A DNA stretch of 63,568 bases, counting the filler, from Kipferlia bialata (Eukaryota): the NCBI GenBank assembly GCA_003568945.1. It is 4 parts of 4 records of this genome, joined end to end, with 100 filler letters (N's around TTAATTAATTAA, not from the genome) between each part and the next. Parts side by side here need not be neighbours in the genome. Positions count along the whole stretch, not along the records: positions 24,500 to 48,851 come from BDIP01000230.1; 3 more parts are not named here. One strand, given 5' to 3'. The notes beneath the pieces were generated by a model. That model made no database searches and was not told the origin of the DNA. It saw only the letters and a program-made list of their open reading frames with translations. A program made the translations under genes and the position numbers. Below are positions 34,440-48,851 of the stretch, one piece after another (the stretch's first letter is position 1; every line of letters begins with the position of its first letter).

Positions 34440-36817
34440 CTAGAAGAAGTCCTCCTCCCCCCAATCAGCACAGCTGTCATCGTCATCCCCATTGTTGTTG
34501 GTGTACCCCTCCAGGTCAGCGTCCAGACAGGTGGGGACAGACTCGACCCTGGGGGTTAGGGGTGCAGATTGTACACAATGTGATATACACACATACATTA
34601 TACCAGACAGAGAACGGAGGGAGGAGTGCTCTTTGAATGAAACTACTCGACAGCATTCCACCGCGTACCTCTCCCATCCTGTCATGCCCTGCTCGTCCAC
34701 CGTGCACTGTACCCAGCCCCAGTCAGCGGCATACACATACAGGGTGTCAGTGGTGAGGGTCACCTCCTCGTCGTTGGAGTTCATCACCTAGGCGGTCAGT
34801 ATCAGGGCAAATAGAGTATGCACACCTATGTGTAACCAGTATATGAGTGAGTGTCTGCTACTTGGGCTAGTCCTACCTTGGACCCCTTGGCACACACCCT
34901 GCGGAGATATATAGGTAGATATTGATAAACATAGATAGATAGATACATAACCAGTGTATACCTTGGACCCCTTGGCACAGACCCTGTGGCAGTCGGTGAC
35001 ACTGACCTCGGGGCTAGGGGTGAGAGGTAGCAAGGAGAAATGTCAATAACAGAGTGCACATTTACTTGTTCCCTCACCCATCCTGGCCCTATTCAATATA
35101 TATACACACACATATGTGTTTACTATACAATCCCTCACCCATCCCGTCCCTGGTCCCATAGGTATTCTTATATATACACATGTATACATACTCCCTCATA
35201 TCATCATTGTATATGTACACATGAGTATTGAATGGAATCTCACCCATCCTTGTATATGTGCATATATATATTGAATGATATCTCACCCATCCATGTATAT
35301 GCACACATGAGTATTGAATGATATCTCACCCATCCCATGTATATATGTATATATATATATATGTATATTGAATGATATCTCACCCATCCCATGTATATAT
35401 GTATATATATATATGTATATTGCATGATATCTCACCCGTCCATGTATATGTATATATGTATATATATATGTATTGCATGATATCTCACCCATCCTCCCCC
35501 TGGTGCCATAGGTTGGTGGAGGGGGTGTACACAGAGCTGATGTCTGCTACCATGTTGCCGATCTGGTCATCGCCTGCAGTCAGGGGAAGAATGATGCGGA
35601 GAGAGGGAGAGAGAGAGAGAGAGAGAGAGAGAAGGTAAGAGAATGCATGTTGCCGATCTGGTCATCTCCTATAGTAATATGGGGGTAGAGGGAGAGACAA
35701 GAGAGACAGACAGAGAGAGAGAGAGGACTCTGTACATGTTGCCGATCTGGTCGTCACCTACGGTCAGAGGGAGAGAGAGAGAGAATGCTGTACAATTGTG
35801 ATGTACATGAATGCCCTACAGGTCATCGCCTACAGTCAGAGGAAGAAGGATGCGGAGAGAGGGAGAGAGAGAGAGAGAGAGAGAGCAGGTAAGAGAATGC
35901 ATGTTGCCGATCTGGTCATCTCCTATGGTATTATGGGGGTAAAGAGAGAGATAGAGAGAGAGAGAGAGAGAGGGAGAGAGAATGCCCCACCTCCTATCAC
36001 CACCAGGTACCCGTTGAGGGCACAACAGATGGCATCCCTCCTAGGGTGAGGGGTTGGCTGGGTAATAATAACAGTTGCCGGATAAGTAATACAGTACACT
36101 AGTACAAGTTTTACATGTAGTATTGCTGCATAGCACTGGCATCCCTCCATGGGTGAGAGAGCAAGGCTGCATACTTACAATACTCTTGTATCCAATATAT
36201 CCACTCTACCCTAACTGAGGGCAGCACTCTCCTCAGACACTGTACACTACACAGAATACCATACACCCTACACACCTAGCAGCTGATGGCCCTCGTCGGA
36301 CACTATACAGTACATATATACATATATATATATATACAGTACACAGGACAATGTACACTATATTCTATATACCCCACCCACAGTACACAAAATATTGTAT
36401 ATACTGTATACAACACACCCCTCCCACCTAGCAGCTGACGGTAGCAGGTATGCAGTGTGACACTCATACTCCGGTGGAATGTGGGCAGTTCTCTTGAAGG
36501 AACCTGGGGTAAGTGGATATGGATATATATATATATATGTATGAGGAAGCCTCTTGACATGAAGTGATGGTGAGAAGAGAGGAGGGATAGGTGAGTGGTA
36601 GACGGAACGACCAGGCATCATTACTAATGTAGTGTACTACTATTTATGTATTGTATATATATTGTGCATACACCCTCACCGCCCTTGTTCTCCTCGTTCC
36701 TCTTGGCCATCTCCTCCCTAGTACCCACGTAGTCATGGATCTCCCACTCATCCCCATCCACAGAGTAAACAAAGAGGGTACCGGTGGGGTTGACACCACC
36801 GAAGATGTACACCTGCA

Positions 36818-36855
<38 letters not shown>

Positions 36856-37766
36856 CTGGAAAGTGGGGTTGATACCACTGACGATGTAGACCTGGGGTGA
36901 GGGAGAGAGAGAGAGAGAGGGAGAGAGAGAGAATCTGTAAAGTGGGGTTGACACCACCGAAGATGTACACCTGGGGTGAGGGAGAATCGTGTGTGTGTGG
37001 GGGGGGAGAGAGAGAGAGAGAGAGAGAGAGTACTGGTTGGCACTTGTGAGTGATGTAGAGGGTTCAGTATTGCAGTGAGGTGCAGGGGTTGTATGGCAGG
37101 GATGGGTAGGGATAGGGAGAGAGAGGACGTCCTATGTATATGAGAGTCATATACATTATGTGTACATTCACTATAACACACCTTGTCCCCCATGAGTACT
37201 GGCTGGTGTGATCCAAACACAATTGTACCCTTGGGAGGGGTGGATAAGGGGGTGACGGTGGTGGCATTGTCTGGGGTCAGAGAGAGAGAGAGAGATGGGG
37301 GTCGACAATACCAGCATGTCTAGCAAGAGAGAGAGAGAGTACATGAGTGTAGTACATTGTGAAATGTACAGTGTGGCGACTACAAAAACACTGAACATGT
37401 GAGATGTGTTTCTACTTCATACGTGAGTCTCTCGGGTGCATGTGCATATGTCAGTGAATACACTTATTAATCCCTACCTTCCACCCTGACCCTGCATGCC
37501 CCGACCTGTCCCTCCTGTGCATCACTCCCAGTCACACCCCCTAGCACTAGGAATGTGGTGGGGGAGAGGGGGACAGCAGACTCAACCTGGAGATGAGCAA
37601 CCGATGGGTGACCAGAGAGAGAGTATATAGCACATACCTTGATGGGTAGGAGAGTGGCGTCAAATCCATCCAGGCCCAGCAGCTCAGCAGCGTTCCGAGG
37701 GTGGCTGGGCTGGAGCGTGGTTGCCTCATTGTCTGTATTGTCTGGGCTGTTCAGAGATGCTGTCAT
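34440..37766 (-). CDS. Kelch/galactose-oxidase-type beta-propeller protein with an acidic C-terminal tail, multi-exon
   Basis: Repeated kelch-like blades: FLVLGG; VYIFGG...LFVYSVDGDEW; YLVVIGG...VYTPSTNLW; LYVYAADWGW. Confidence 0.7.
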
Positions 37767-38937
37767 TGTGTGTGGGTCTGCGAGATTATAGAGAGGTTCA
37801 GTGCGGTGACTGAATTTGGCTCAGATTCACTAGCCCCTTTTGGCAAAGACAGATCATCACTGTGATGACATTCTCTCAGACTTGAGGAGTTGGGGTGGTT
37901 GTTTATACTCACTATATACACCGGTTGCAATTAAGGGTGTGTGGCCGGCTCTAGCGCAAAGTTTTTGTTGTTTAGGGGTTGGTATCGCAATAGACGGAAA
38001 TCATCATCATGATGACATCACATTGGGATTATTGTGACAAGTTCGGTGTTGTATAGGTCCACGTCGATATCCTGTTCCCTGAAGTCACCAGTTGACCTCG
38101 TCATAGAAGTATACCCCTCTCTTGGCACAGACCAAGCTATTAAAAATAACTGATTAATATGATAACAATAGCTGAAACTCTAAAGATGAGGCGGACCCCA
38201 CCTGGCGGAGGTTCTGTTGTCCTCCATTGAGCCTCACATGTATGAGCTAAGAGAACAGACAGGCAGACAGACGGTACTCAATCCACTTCACTCCTATTAG
38301 GTCATATATATGGGTCAACCTCATCCATATGCTGCAGTTCCACAGGGTGTGGACCTCGGACAGTGTCACTGCCTGATAACCTGTGATATGTTCAAGTGTT
38401 GAACCAGTTCTCTTAACACGAACAAGGACGAGCACTTATGGAACCAGTCCTCTTACTACTAGTCGTCTATATCCTGTGTTCCTCCTAAGATCTTCTAACA
38501 GAAGTCCCCGTTACTGGGACAGTACACCTCTTCAAGACAGTAGAATACATATTTGTACCTCATGGCTATCGTGTTCTATACCGCTCCTTGTCATCCTGAC
38601 CTCCTCAGATAGGGATATACGATACGGATAGGGAGGCGTGTATCCAACAACTAGAGAGAACCTCTAGACACTCTGACTACGGCAACATAGCTCTAGAATT
38701 CTATTTCGATTTGCCCTTGGCCGCATGCCACTGTTGAGCGTGTATGCAAGATGGAACGAATCCCACTCAAGCATGCACGCCTACTGTGGAACGAAGCCGC
38801 AAGTCAGCGCATACGCGAATGCCACACGTGGTATTCACGCATTCACTTCTGTGACAACGGATCTGTACATACCCGTTCTCTTGGTTAGGTAGTGACTCCT
38901 GTGAGTCACCCCAACTCTTCTCCTCCTTAGTCCTGCC

Positions 38938-41900
38938 TCACATGAACCGGAAGACTACATCTCCGATATGTGACCCAGCCACTCGGTAGAAGACACCGCT
39001 GACCACCAGCAGTGCCTGGATGTAGGTGTGCATCTCCTGTCCTGACTCAAAGCGTGTCCTTAGGGCAAGGGCCAGTGCCCTAGACCCATCATCCCCCTCC
39101 TCACTCTTAACAGAGCCAGCAACCTCTCTCAGGGCGAACTTCAGCATCCTATCGACCCGTCCACTATCGACCAGACCCTGCACAACATCATCTGTGACTA
39201 GGCCCAGGCTACACACACCTAGGAAGGCTGCCCACTTCGTCCTCTCCATTTCACTACCCCCGTGGTAGAGAGACCCACTGAAGAGGCTCAGCTGCGAGAA
39301 GACTGTGGGATCGACACCCTCACAGCCTTTACCAAGACCCGTCTGTGCAGGTAGAGGGGCCTTCGTCTGTGCAAGTAGAGGGGCCTTCGTTGACAGCCTA
39401 GCTGAGTGCTGAAGGAGGATACAGTCGCTGTTATCCACACCAAGCAGACACCTCTCCAGTATGGCATTGGCCTCCCAGGGTGACACAAGCAGCGCCGTGC
39501 TGCTCCCAGGGTGGTACACGATGTGGGACACGGGTCTCAGATAGCTGTCAAGCAGGCCGCCCTCCTTGACTGTGTGTCTGAAGTACGAGGTGCATAGCAG
39601 CCTGTCACTCCATACACTCCTGTTAGGGACAGGGACAGAGGTGCCAGCAAGAGAAGCGGACACGTTCTGGATGCACTTCGAGGCTTCTCTGACCGTGCCT
39701 GTCTCAATGAACATCAATACATCGGAGCGGAGACGGGAGGGGACACAGGGTGTGGCGGGTCCTGGTCTGTCCTCCTCTCTCTCTTCCTCCCTCTCCTGCT
39801 CCAGCTCTCGCTCCTGCTCTTCGTCTAGAGTAGTAGCAGCACTCACCACTCTCTGCAGATAGGCATCAGCTCGAGCCTCGATGCCCCTCTTGACAGAGTC
39901 GAAGTCAGGGGAAGAGTCCCCATTCTGACCCAGGGCGGAGAGCCTCTCGCGGCACTTGTTAGAGGCCACCTTACACTTGGCTCTCACCACCTGGGACCCA
40001 GCGTGTCTGTCTCTCCTAGACCCATACATGTCAGACAGGGAGTGCTGCTCATCCAGTAGGTACTGCTGGTATATGGGGGTGAGGGGTGCTCCAGTAGAAT
40101 GGGCCCTTCGTACTTGAGCTGACACAGCCTCTCCCTGGGCATGGTTGAGGCCCTGCCCTGCCCAGAGCACCATGTGACGCTGCTGTTCACGGCACGTGTT
40201 GGCCACACACCATCTCAGGATGTCAACGGGAAGTGGGTGGGACGGAGTGCCTGTGTACTTGGAGGCCAGAGAGGCAGGTCTGTGTACCTCCCTTCCATGT
40301 CGGGTGACAGACAAAGTAGTCCTCTTCTTGCGTGATCTGACCCGTCTCTTCCCGGCCACTTCTCTGAGCTCTGCATCTACCTCTGCAGGCACAAGGAATG
40401 TCAGGCACTGACCGTGACCTAGCTGTCGCATGCGCATTGCACTGACAGTCAGACTGAGATACAATGGGTATAGTCGAGATGATGTTCACTCATACTGTAC
40501 CTCTGCACCAGCTTTGCCTTTGTGAGTCTGGGTCCCAGTGTCAGAGCTGCTCTCCAGGATGGCATCTTGAGGTCCGTGCCCCTTGAGTGGTGGTCATCAA
40601 TGTATACTATGCATCTGTGCAACTGGGTGTAGTAGGGACTGGCCAGGAATGGAGCGGTGATGCCCTGGAGGTTAGACACACAGTGTTGACAATATCAGTA
40701 TGTGATTGTGTCAGTAGTTAGGCATACCTGCTTGTTCAATGCCATAAGCCTGTTGCCGTCTGCGAAATAGACTGCGGCCTCGATGTCAGTCCCTGTCATG
40801 CCCAGCCATGTCTCGGCAACCTGTCTGTTACTAAGAGCAATCATCTGGGCCCCACAGTCGATAAGGCAACGACAGCCAGATGTCTGTATCAGCGCTAGCA
40901 TCTCCAGGGGAGCGTCGGGTGGAATCAACGCATAGCGCTCATTGTCTGGGTGAGCAATATTGATGTGTGATGGTAGACAGAGTCAAGTGGATAGCATCCA
41001 CACTTGTACATGTACACTACCTTTGTGAAGTATGTGCCTCATCACTGTACCGTTAGTATGGACCAGGCTATCGAGGGGTGTCTGCGATACCCCAAGAGGC
41101 AGGGTGGGTCCATTGTCGTTGGTACCACTGAACCCCCTCACAGGGTGTGTGCACTGCTCACTGTTGACTAGGTCCCATGCTGAGGCCGTCAGTCTCTGGG
41201 GGAACTGCTTGGTCTCAGCTGGCAGCACAAAGTTGGCCAGATAGAAGTCTACTGTGGGCATGTTGTAGCGGAACAGCTGGTAAAGCTTGTTTGTCTGTGC
41301 AACATCTGCCAGGTTGACATTAGAGACATCGGCCAAGACAGCACCGATCTCCTTGGGTGCTGCCTTAACAGCCGCCTTTCTCAGTGCCCTCACCCACTCT
41401 CTCCACCTGTCCTGAGGGTTGCACTGCTCACACAGCCTCTGCAGTGTGTGGTAGAACTGCTTCCGTCCCAGCCCTGTGTTGTAGTATGAGATGTGTGTCA
41501 TCAATATGGCCACATCCACGTGTGCAAAGTCAGACCGGGCAGAGGGGGTGTCCTTGGCCCTGAAGGGCACAGCCATGAGCCTGCGCAGGGTCTCAGTGTC
41601 AACTCCATACTCCACCGACCACCGCTTCTCTAGGGCAGCCCATAACACCTCGTGGTGCAGAAGACCCCTGAGGATGAGGGCTATGTCTCTCACCGTCTCA
41701 AGAGGACTGGCGTCCAGGGGTGAAAGATCATGAGTCCCTGTGATGATGGAGTGGAGAATGGCACGGTCTGTACCTGGTATAAGTGGGTGAGATTTAGATA
41801 TAGTACTGTAAACCATCAAACATACCGCAAAACTGTCTGAAGACAGGCATGGTGGCAAGGAGGTGCTCACTAAGGGTGGAGATCAGCGTATGTACGACTG

Positions 41901-44900
41901 CTTCACTGCGCTTTGCAATGCGCAGTCCACACCACTGTCCCTTCCTCTTAGTCCTGTCTGCTACAAATGCACCACCATACTCCCCATCTAGCAGAGTTGG
42001 ACAGCACTTCTGCACCGCACTCAGTACCACTTGAGCCATCTCCCATCGGAGCTTGTCCCCGTCCATGGGCATCTGTAGCCCACACGCATACACCAACTGG
42101 AACACATGGCTGAGAAGGGTGTCGCACTCGTCTAGAAGGTCAAAGGAGTGCTGCTGGTGCCACTCGACCACTCGAGACAGTGAGGCTGCAGTAGCTGTAT
42201 TTCCATTGATATGCTGCTCCCTGGCCTTGAGCATGAAGGACAGGCGGTGCTCTGGCACAGTGAGTACAGTGTCGCCCCTCTCCATGGCTGACTCCAACTG
42301 CGAGAGAATGACGCCTCCTGCCTCCTCGGTGAAGTCAACATCGCGACACACAGGGAAGGTGAGGACTCTCTTCCCCAGAAGGCCACCCATCCAGAGCTGG
42401 AGGTTGGCGAGGTTGGTGTCATAGAGAGAACTCAACACAGTGACCCTGGGAAGGGTAGAGTGGGTAGGGTCCTGGCCACTGACAGTGGCACACAGAAGAG
42501 GTATGACGACACTTGTCTTGCCCTCCCCATTCTTCAGTTGCAGCACTGCATTACCGCCATCCTTCGCCCTCATCTCCTCAGCGATCTCTGCCTGGTGGTC
42601 CCTGATAGTGACACCCCTCTCAGCCTCAAAGACTAGGTACTCAGGGTACTCCTCAGGACTCCATGCTCCGTGCCGGGTAAGCAAGTCTGTCACCAACTTG
42701 CCAGAGAGATGTGCAATGCTACCTGGATCTTGGTGTTTCCCATCGGATGTAGGAGTGTGTATTGCCAGCATAGTATCCCTGCAGCGGCATGCCTTGCTGT
42801 GATAGACACAGACATTCAGGTAGTGACAGATAGCCACCTTCAGGGACTCATCGGTATCGGGTCTGAAGAGGAGGGGGACAACTGTGAGAGGGGTGACAGA
42901 CACCATAGTTCCAGTGAGTGTGGGAGAGAACAGGGACCGCAGGCCATGCCACACTCTCTCAACTGCCTCTCCTGTAACTGCACAAGCTGTCTCCAGGGCC
43001 GATAGCACAGTGTCAGTGGGTGCCAGGACATAGCCACTGTTGTAGACCTGTGTTGCCGACTTCTGCCATGAGACCTCTAGGTCAGATAGGATCTCCTGAC
43101 CCATAGGTAGTGACAGTACATCGCTGTGATCATCACTGTCTGCCTCAAGTGGGAACCGAGTCACATTCGTGACACTCTCAGCATCACGCCTCGCTAAGCA
43201 CTGGTCGAACAACACATCAACGTCGGGCCACCTACCGGTGTGATATGACTCGACCTCTAACGCATCAGGTGTTTGTCTGCGGACAGGAGAAGGCGTAGAT
43301 CTAGACACGTGGGTGAGATCAACGAGGTGTGTTGTGACACTGTGTGAAACGGGAGCGAGTGTGAAGTTGGTGGATAACCTGGGTGCCATGGGAACCTTCT
43401 CTCTCACGGCTGTCACTATATCAGTGGCAAAGGCGTGCATGGCAATGTTGATCACGAACCTTTCGGCAATCCCTTCAATGATTTCGAACCAGGAATTGAT
43501 TGGGTACCTCTCTTTTGGACTGAAGCAGTTGTACAATGGCCTACCAGCTTGGGACATACAAAGTACATAATGGCGTGTCCACTTTGCGATACACTGATTC
43601 GCTCTTCGTACACACTCCCTGTTCTCCTCGGGATAGTAGCGTGATACTCTCCTGTTGGAGGTTCTCTCGTAGACCACAGGAGTGTCAGTACTCCACGATT
43701 GGAGGACACCATTCCAGGAAGGTAGTGGCGTACTTGTACGAATCCCATTCTGCAGTGCAACTGCTCTAACCATGCCAGATACAAACGGGACGGCGGCTGT
43801 GAGAATTGGATGAGTGTCACCAGCTCTATAGTTCAGGTAGTTGGCAGCATAGTACATCTCCTCAGCAGAGACACCGGTGACACGGGCTGTCCTCAATGCG
43901 ACAGCAAGATGGGATGATGCACAGTGCATCGAGGCGAAGGGGGTGAAGTCACAGGCCAGTAGGCTGGCATCCAGGTCAGCAATAGGCCAACTATAACTTG
44001 ACTGTGTCAGTTCCCCATATACATCCAGGGGAGGCATGTCTCCCTGCCAGTAATGGACAGCAGCCTGTCGCACTCTAGCCTCTGCATTTTGGTGGTTCTT
44101 GGCTGACGACACATTGGTGGTAGTGTGAAGTCCACCACACACCTGTATCTCCTCGTCTGTGAGCCTGAGGGAGGGTGGCAGTCTTGGAGCATCTCTCATG
44201 TAAGAACAGACGGCCATGGGGTTAAGGTCACCCACTCCATGGGCCTGTTTAAGGTATAGCACTGACAGTCTCTCGCTACTGCAAGAGAGAGCATGGCAGA
44301 GCAGAGTCAACACATCGTGGGCACACACAGGAGCCAAGGCTCCACTGTGCTTCCACTCAATCCGCTCAAAGAGTGACTTGTGTGGTGGATACACACCCCG
44401 GTCTGGGGCAATGTCTGCAACCTGGCTGAGAATGGACACCGTCTCTGCTGGGTATGGGGCGTTAGACCAGCACCGACGAAGGTATATGACAGCCATCTCT
44501 GACCCAGTGCACTCTGTGAAGGGCTCCCTCATGGGACTGGCTGTCATGCCATGGAGGAGGGCCAGGTAGGGCACATAGCACTGGGCAGGGGACTCCAGAC
44601 ACTTCAGACCGGACCTCACATCGAAGCAGAACACAGGGGGGCTGCTGCCTCTACCATCTAGGCTGACGCTGCAGCTATGATGGCAGGCAGAGTCGTGGGC
44701 CTTGTGGGGGACAACGGTACCGTGTGGCACTAGGTACTTCTGAGGGACTCCGTGGATGTCACTCAAGACCAACTTGGACTCGAGGCCTAAGAGTACAGGC
44801 ACCGGACTGATGCGTGGGTCCACAAGCAGACTGGGGAACTCCACACTCTGTAAGAATGTCTCTCTCACGGAAAAGTTAACACCTAGTCTTTCCAGGCAGA

Positions 44901-47900
44901 TAGTGGGGTGTGAATCCACACTGCTGACAGCAGTCCCTCTCCCGTCGGCATCGCAGTACAGGATGCAGTAGGGAGAGGCATCAAGGTACTTGAATATGTC
45001 CATGGCATGCTGGAACGCACTGCTAGTGGAACTCACCACATGCCTGCCATCGTTCTTGATCAGCCTCCAGGCAGGCTGGGAGAGCAGTGGATGGGGTGCT
45101 GATGGTGGTACCATATGATAGTCAGGTAGGACGTCTCTGTCCTTCTCATCCTCTGCTAGAATGCTAACAGGGCGGAAGAGTATACGTCCACCGTGGACAC
45201 ACTGTGGACCGGCACTAACACATAACCAGTGGGAGTACTTGGCAGTGAGCATATGGGCCATGTGGGGGGCAAGCAGAGTGTGTGGTATCAGAAGCCATCT
45301 GTTCCCTCTCTCAGTCATGTGGATACTCCCGTTCACGTTGAAGTAGAAGACTAGTCCTCGATGAGGGGTGGCTGTCACGTAGCTGCGTGATGTAGCCTAG
45401 GTTAGTGACTGATTATGAACGAGATGTATCCACATACACAGTATAACACATACCCTGTGCACCGTGAGCACTGTATCACCGAAAGTACGTCTGTACACTG
45501 GACCACTGGTAATGGTGTCTGGCAGCCTGTTCGAAGGGTATCCGTCAACTAGGAAGTTGCCAAAGAGGGTGTCGAACTGAACACATACCTCACCATATCT
45601 CGCCCACCAGTATCTGTCATTAGGCAGCACAAACAGAGAGAAGAGATAAAAGAAATACAAACTCACTATCTGGCACCTGTCCGCATCTCCACTATGGAGT
45701 GTGAACACAGGTAGTCTGCCACCTGCGCCCTGCCAGTGTGAGTTGACAAACTCCGGAAGGATAGAGGGGTCTGCCTGGAGCTCTGCACATACACGGGGAT
45801 GGAGGGAGAGAGAGACTCTGTAGGCGTCTGCAACGAACTCTGGGTTTTGTATCTTGGGCCCGAGATGTGTGTTGTCCCGGAGGCATGCCAAGAGCGACAG
45901 GTACGTCATAGTCCTGTGACGGCTGAAAGGCAGTCCCTCTAGAGCAGAGATGGCGAATGCACCCACTCTGCTGATCTTGAGGCGCACCTTGGCAGACTCG
46001 TCCGATTCCTCTCCATCCATATCCAGAGCCTGCTCTGTCTTCACCATAGCATCCAGCCACCGGAGACAGGTGGTGTGGCAGGACTCAAGTATCTGGTCAC
46101 CCTCAGTGACATTGCCACAGGCACGCATCACCTTGCCCACTGCAATCACCGACTCCATAACTCTCAGCTGACTCCAATTCTCAGACACTGACTCGAGAAG
46201 GCGTGTCAGGTGATGCACCATGCTAGCCACCGTCACGGGGTCAGTCCAGTCCTGGTGCCATTCACGGAGGCAGGTCGAGCCACTCTGTGGGGGCCCTGCC
46301 TGCATGATGGCCATGCGCACTAGGTCTGCCACGGGCTGCTCCTCGAAGGAGAGAGACCTATATGCCACAGCATTCAGCACGTTACGCACTTGGAGGTGAC
46401 CACCGGCCCGTATGGACCCGTACGTGACAAACTCAGATGGGTCCAGACTAGTGGAGCGATCACATTGTCTGGCAAGCACCTGACGTAAGTATGTATGTGA
46501 CTTGGGTATATATATTACTGCGGCAGCATGTCCATTCCCACCTCGTTCTGGGTGTGGGAGGTGCTCCAGACAGTGTCAAGGTCACTGGTCTGAAGGCACT
46601 CGTAGGGGGCCGCCACCTGCAAGCTGAGCACACTGTCAGTGTTCCATGTGGAGGCATGGGGTACACGGGCATATTTGGGGGGCTTCCCAGTGTGCTGGAC
46701 GTTCCTATACTCACCAGCACGGGTCATGAGTGTCAGCTGGCGCCCATTTGGGACGAAGAACGCGGACTCCCTGGCCGTCACGTGCCTGTCCCTGTAGTGC
46801 GAGTCGACAAAGAGCTTGGTGGTGCTCCGAAGCAGTGGCATAGTCCTTGAGTCACATGCAAGGAGCCAGTCATACGTCTTGCCTCCCACACCCGAAATGG
46901 AGGAGGCAAACTGCATCTCCAGCCTGGCCAGTGTCTGGTACATGTGCTGGAGGAAAGGGGGCATCTTAGCAAAGAAGGCCACCACGCACTGGTCAAAGTA
47001 GCTCTCAGGAAGAGGATCCTCAACCACCGGTATCTTCATACCATCCATACGGGCGGTGGCCAAACACCGTGCACAAGTGGAGGTCGTCTCCCTTCCGTAC
47101 CTGGTGGTACGATAAGTACAGCTGCATGGGCCTCGGCTGACCACTTGCAGGCGGGCATACTCCCTCTTTGCCTGCTCAACCTCTTCCCTCTTCGCTCTCT
47201 TCGCCCTCTTATAGTCCTCCTCCAACTGGGAGATGTACTGCTGCATGGCACGGTTGCTAGACGCATACAGCCTAGGGACGTCCTCTTTACCCGTCCCTAA
47301 GACATTACCCTTGTGGGCCCTCTCTGCCCACCCATAGAAGTACCTCTCGACCTCCCTCATGAGCCATAACTCCTCTGCACTACACTGGACCAGAGAGTGG
47401 AGGGGAGTGGTGTCAACAGAGAGCCTGCCTGTCTCTATGACACCTTTCCCATGTACCCTATCCCTCTCACAGCTAGCCTTGTGGCAGTACATAGTCACGG
47501 CATACAGAGTGAGCAGGGTCATACTCTGGATGTGGATGTCTCGCTTGATGAGGGATGGGAGAGAGAGGGAGCACAGCCACTCTGAGGCACTCGCAAGGCT
47601 GTGGATATGGTTGTCGTACCCAGCTGCAGACTTGACATCTCCCTCTAGGAACGTGGCAAAGGCACCCCCCTCCAGACATGCGTGGAAGAGGTCATGGAGG
47701 TGGGGGAGGATGTCCACAATAGAGGAGGGGGTGGGATGAGAGTCCAGGGCGCGACGGATGCACTCTGGGGCAGGCGGTGCCTCAGAGGACCCGGTGAGGG
47801 GCACGTGGCTGTCGGAACTGGCGATGAACTCATCCACCTCCGGCATATGGTGTCCTATGTGGGAGGGGTAGTCTGCACCAAGTACAGAGGCAATGTCGTG

Positions 47901-48742
47901 GGTCTCGGAGGACTCATCAGCAATGTAGGCACTCCATGTATCACCCATGTGTGTAAGAAGGAGGTCACATGCAGAAGAGCCCATGGCGGCAGTGGACTCT
48001 TTGCTAAAGGCTCTGACAGTGGTGAGGCCTGATATCTCCAGTCTCAGCTGCCTCTCCCACTCCCGGCCGTAGGTGAACAGGTGCTTGGCAGAGAGAGATG
48101 CAGTGGCAACTCTGACAACGTGGGCACGGAACCTGACCATGATGTGGTTGAGGGTGGGCTCAAGGGTGGGGGAGAGGTCTGGGTTAGCACTGGGTTCATA
48201 TGTGTACTAGTATTACAACTCTACGATACACACGCACATATATTTATATCCATGTGGTTTCAGGGGGCATGAATAGTGAAGAGACTGACTGAACGTACTT
48301 CCATAACATTTGAGGGGGGGGGGGGGAGTATGAGTGACCCACCTTCCTGTCCACTGAGCTGTATGCACACACGGCACAGGGTCTCGACAGCATAGAGAAC
48401 CATGCTCTTGCGACAGACATGGCCATCATAGACAGCCACTGGGGAGACAGGGTGGCAGAAGACAGGCCAATCCGGGACAGGGAGGGTCTTGGAACCCTAA
48501 GAATAAGACAGAATAGAGGTGGGAGAGACATATCCAATATTGTCAAAGGAGAGAGCATATTAATATACCTCGAGCGATGCGAGCAGCCAGTCATAGACAT
48601 AGTGTCCATCTGGCATTGCCCTCTCCTCCTTGACGGCCTTGCCCTTCTTGACAGACACATCGTCTGCCTCAATGGAGTCACGCAGAAGGACTACGTACTT
48701 GAGGAAGGCAGGGGTCAGCACAGAGAGGGGAATGGTGAGCGC
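38938..48742 (-). CDS. Giant (~3000 aa, 5' truncated) DUF3638/DUF3645 protein with an SF2-helicase/SecA-like P-loop module
   Basis: VLQLKNGEGKTSVVIPLL, TVPEHRLSF, DLLDECD (DUF3638); MAVPFRAKDTPSARSDFAHVDVAILMTHISYYNTGL (DUF3645); GFSGTNDN, LIDCGAQ, YIDDHHSRGTDLKMP, MRMRQLGHGQ, LDEEQERELEQE. ORFs of 541, 360, 1194, 295 and 508 aa are joined by short GT-AG introns such as 41774-41825. Confidence 0.88.
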
Positions 48743-48797
48743 CTGGGGTGAAAATAGGTGGCATTGGGCGATATGGTGTACATATATACTTGTAGTG

Positions 48798-48851
<54 letters not shown>

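Noticed and set aside
35235..35500. CRISPR-like repeat-spacer array
   Set aside because: The repeats are copies of an exon-donor junction, the spacers are mutually similar TA microsatellite, and there are no cas genes in this eukaryotic context.
37850..38025. C/D-box snoRNA suggested by two TGATGA motifs
   Set aside because: No suitably placed CTGA D box or terminal stem was seen.
40983..46720. Frameshifts or pseudogene status for the DUF3638 gene
   Set aside because: The frame change checked base by base (41774-41825) is a short GT-AG intron, the others have similar candidate splice sites, and the motor motifs are intact.
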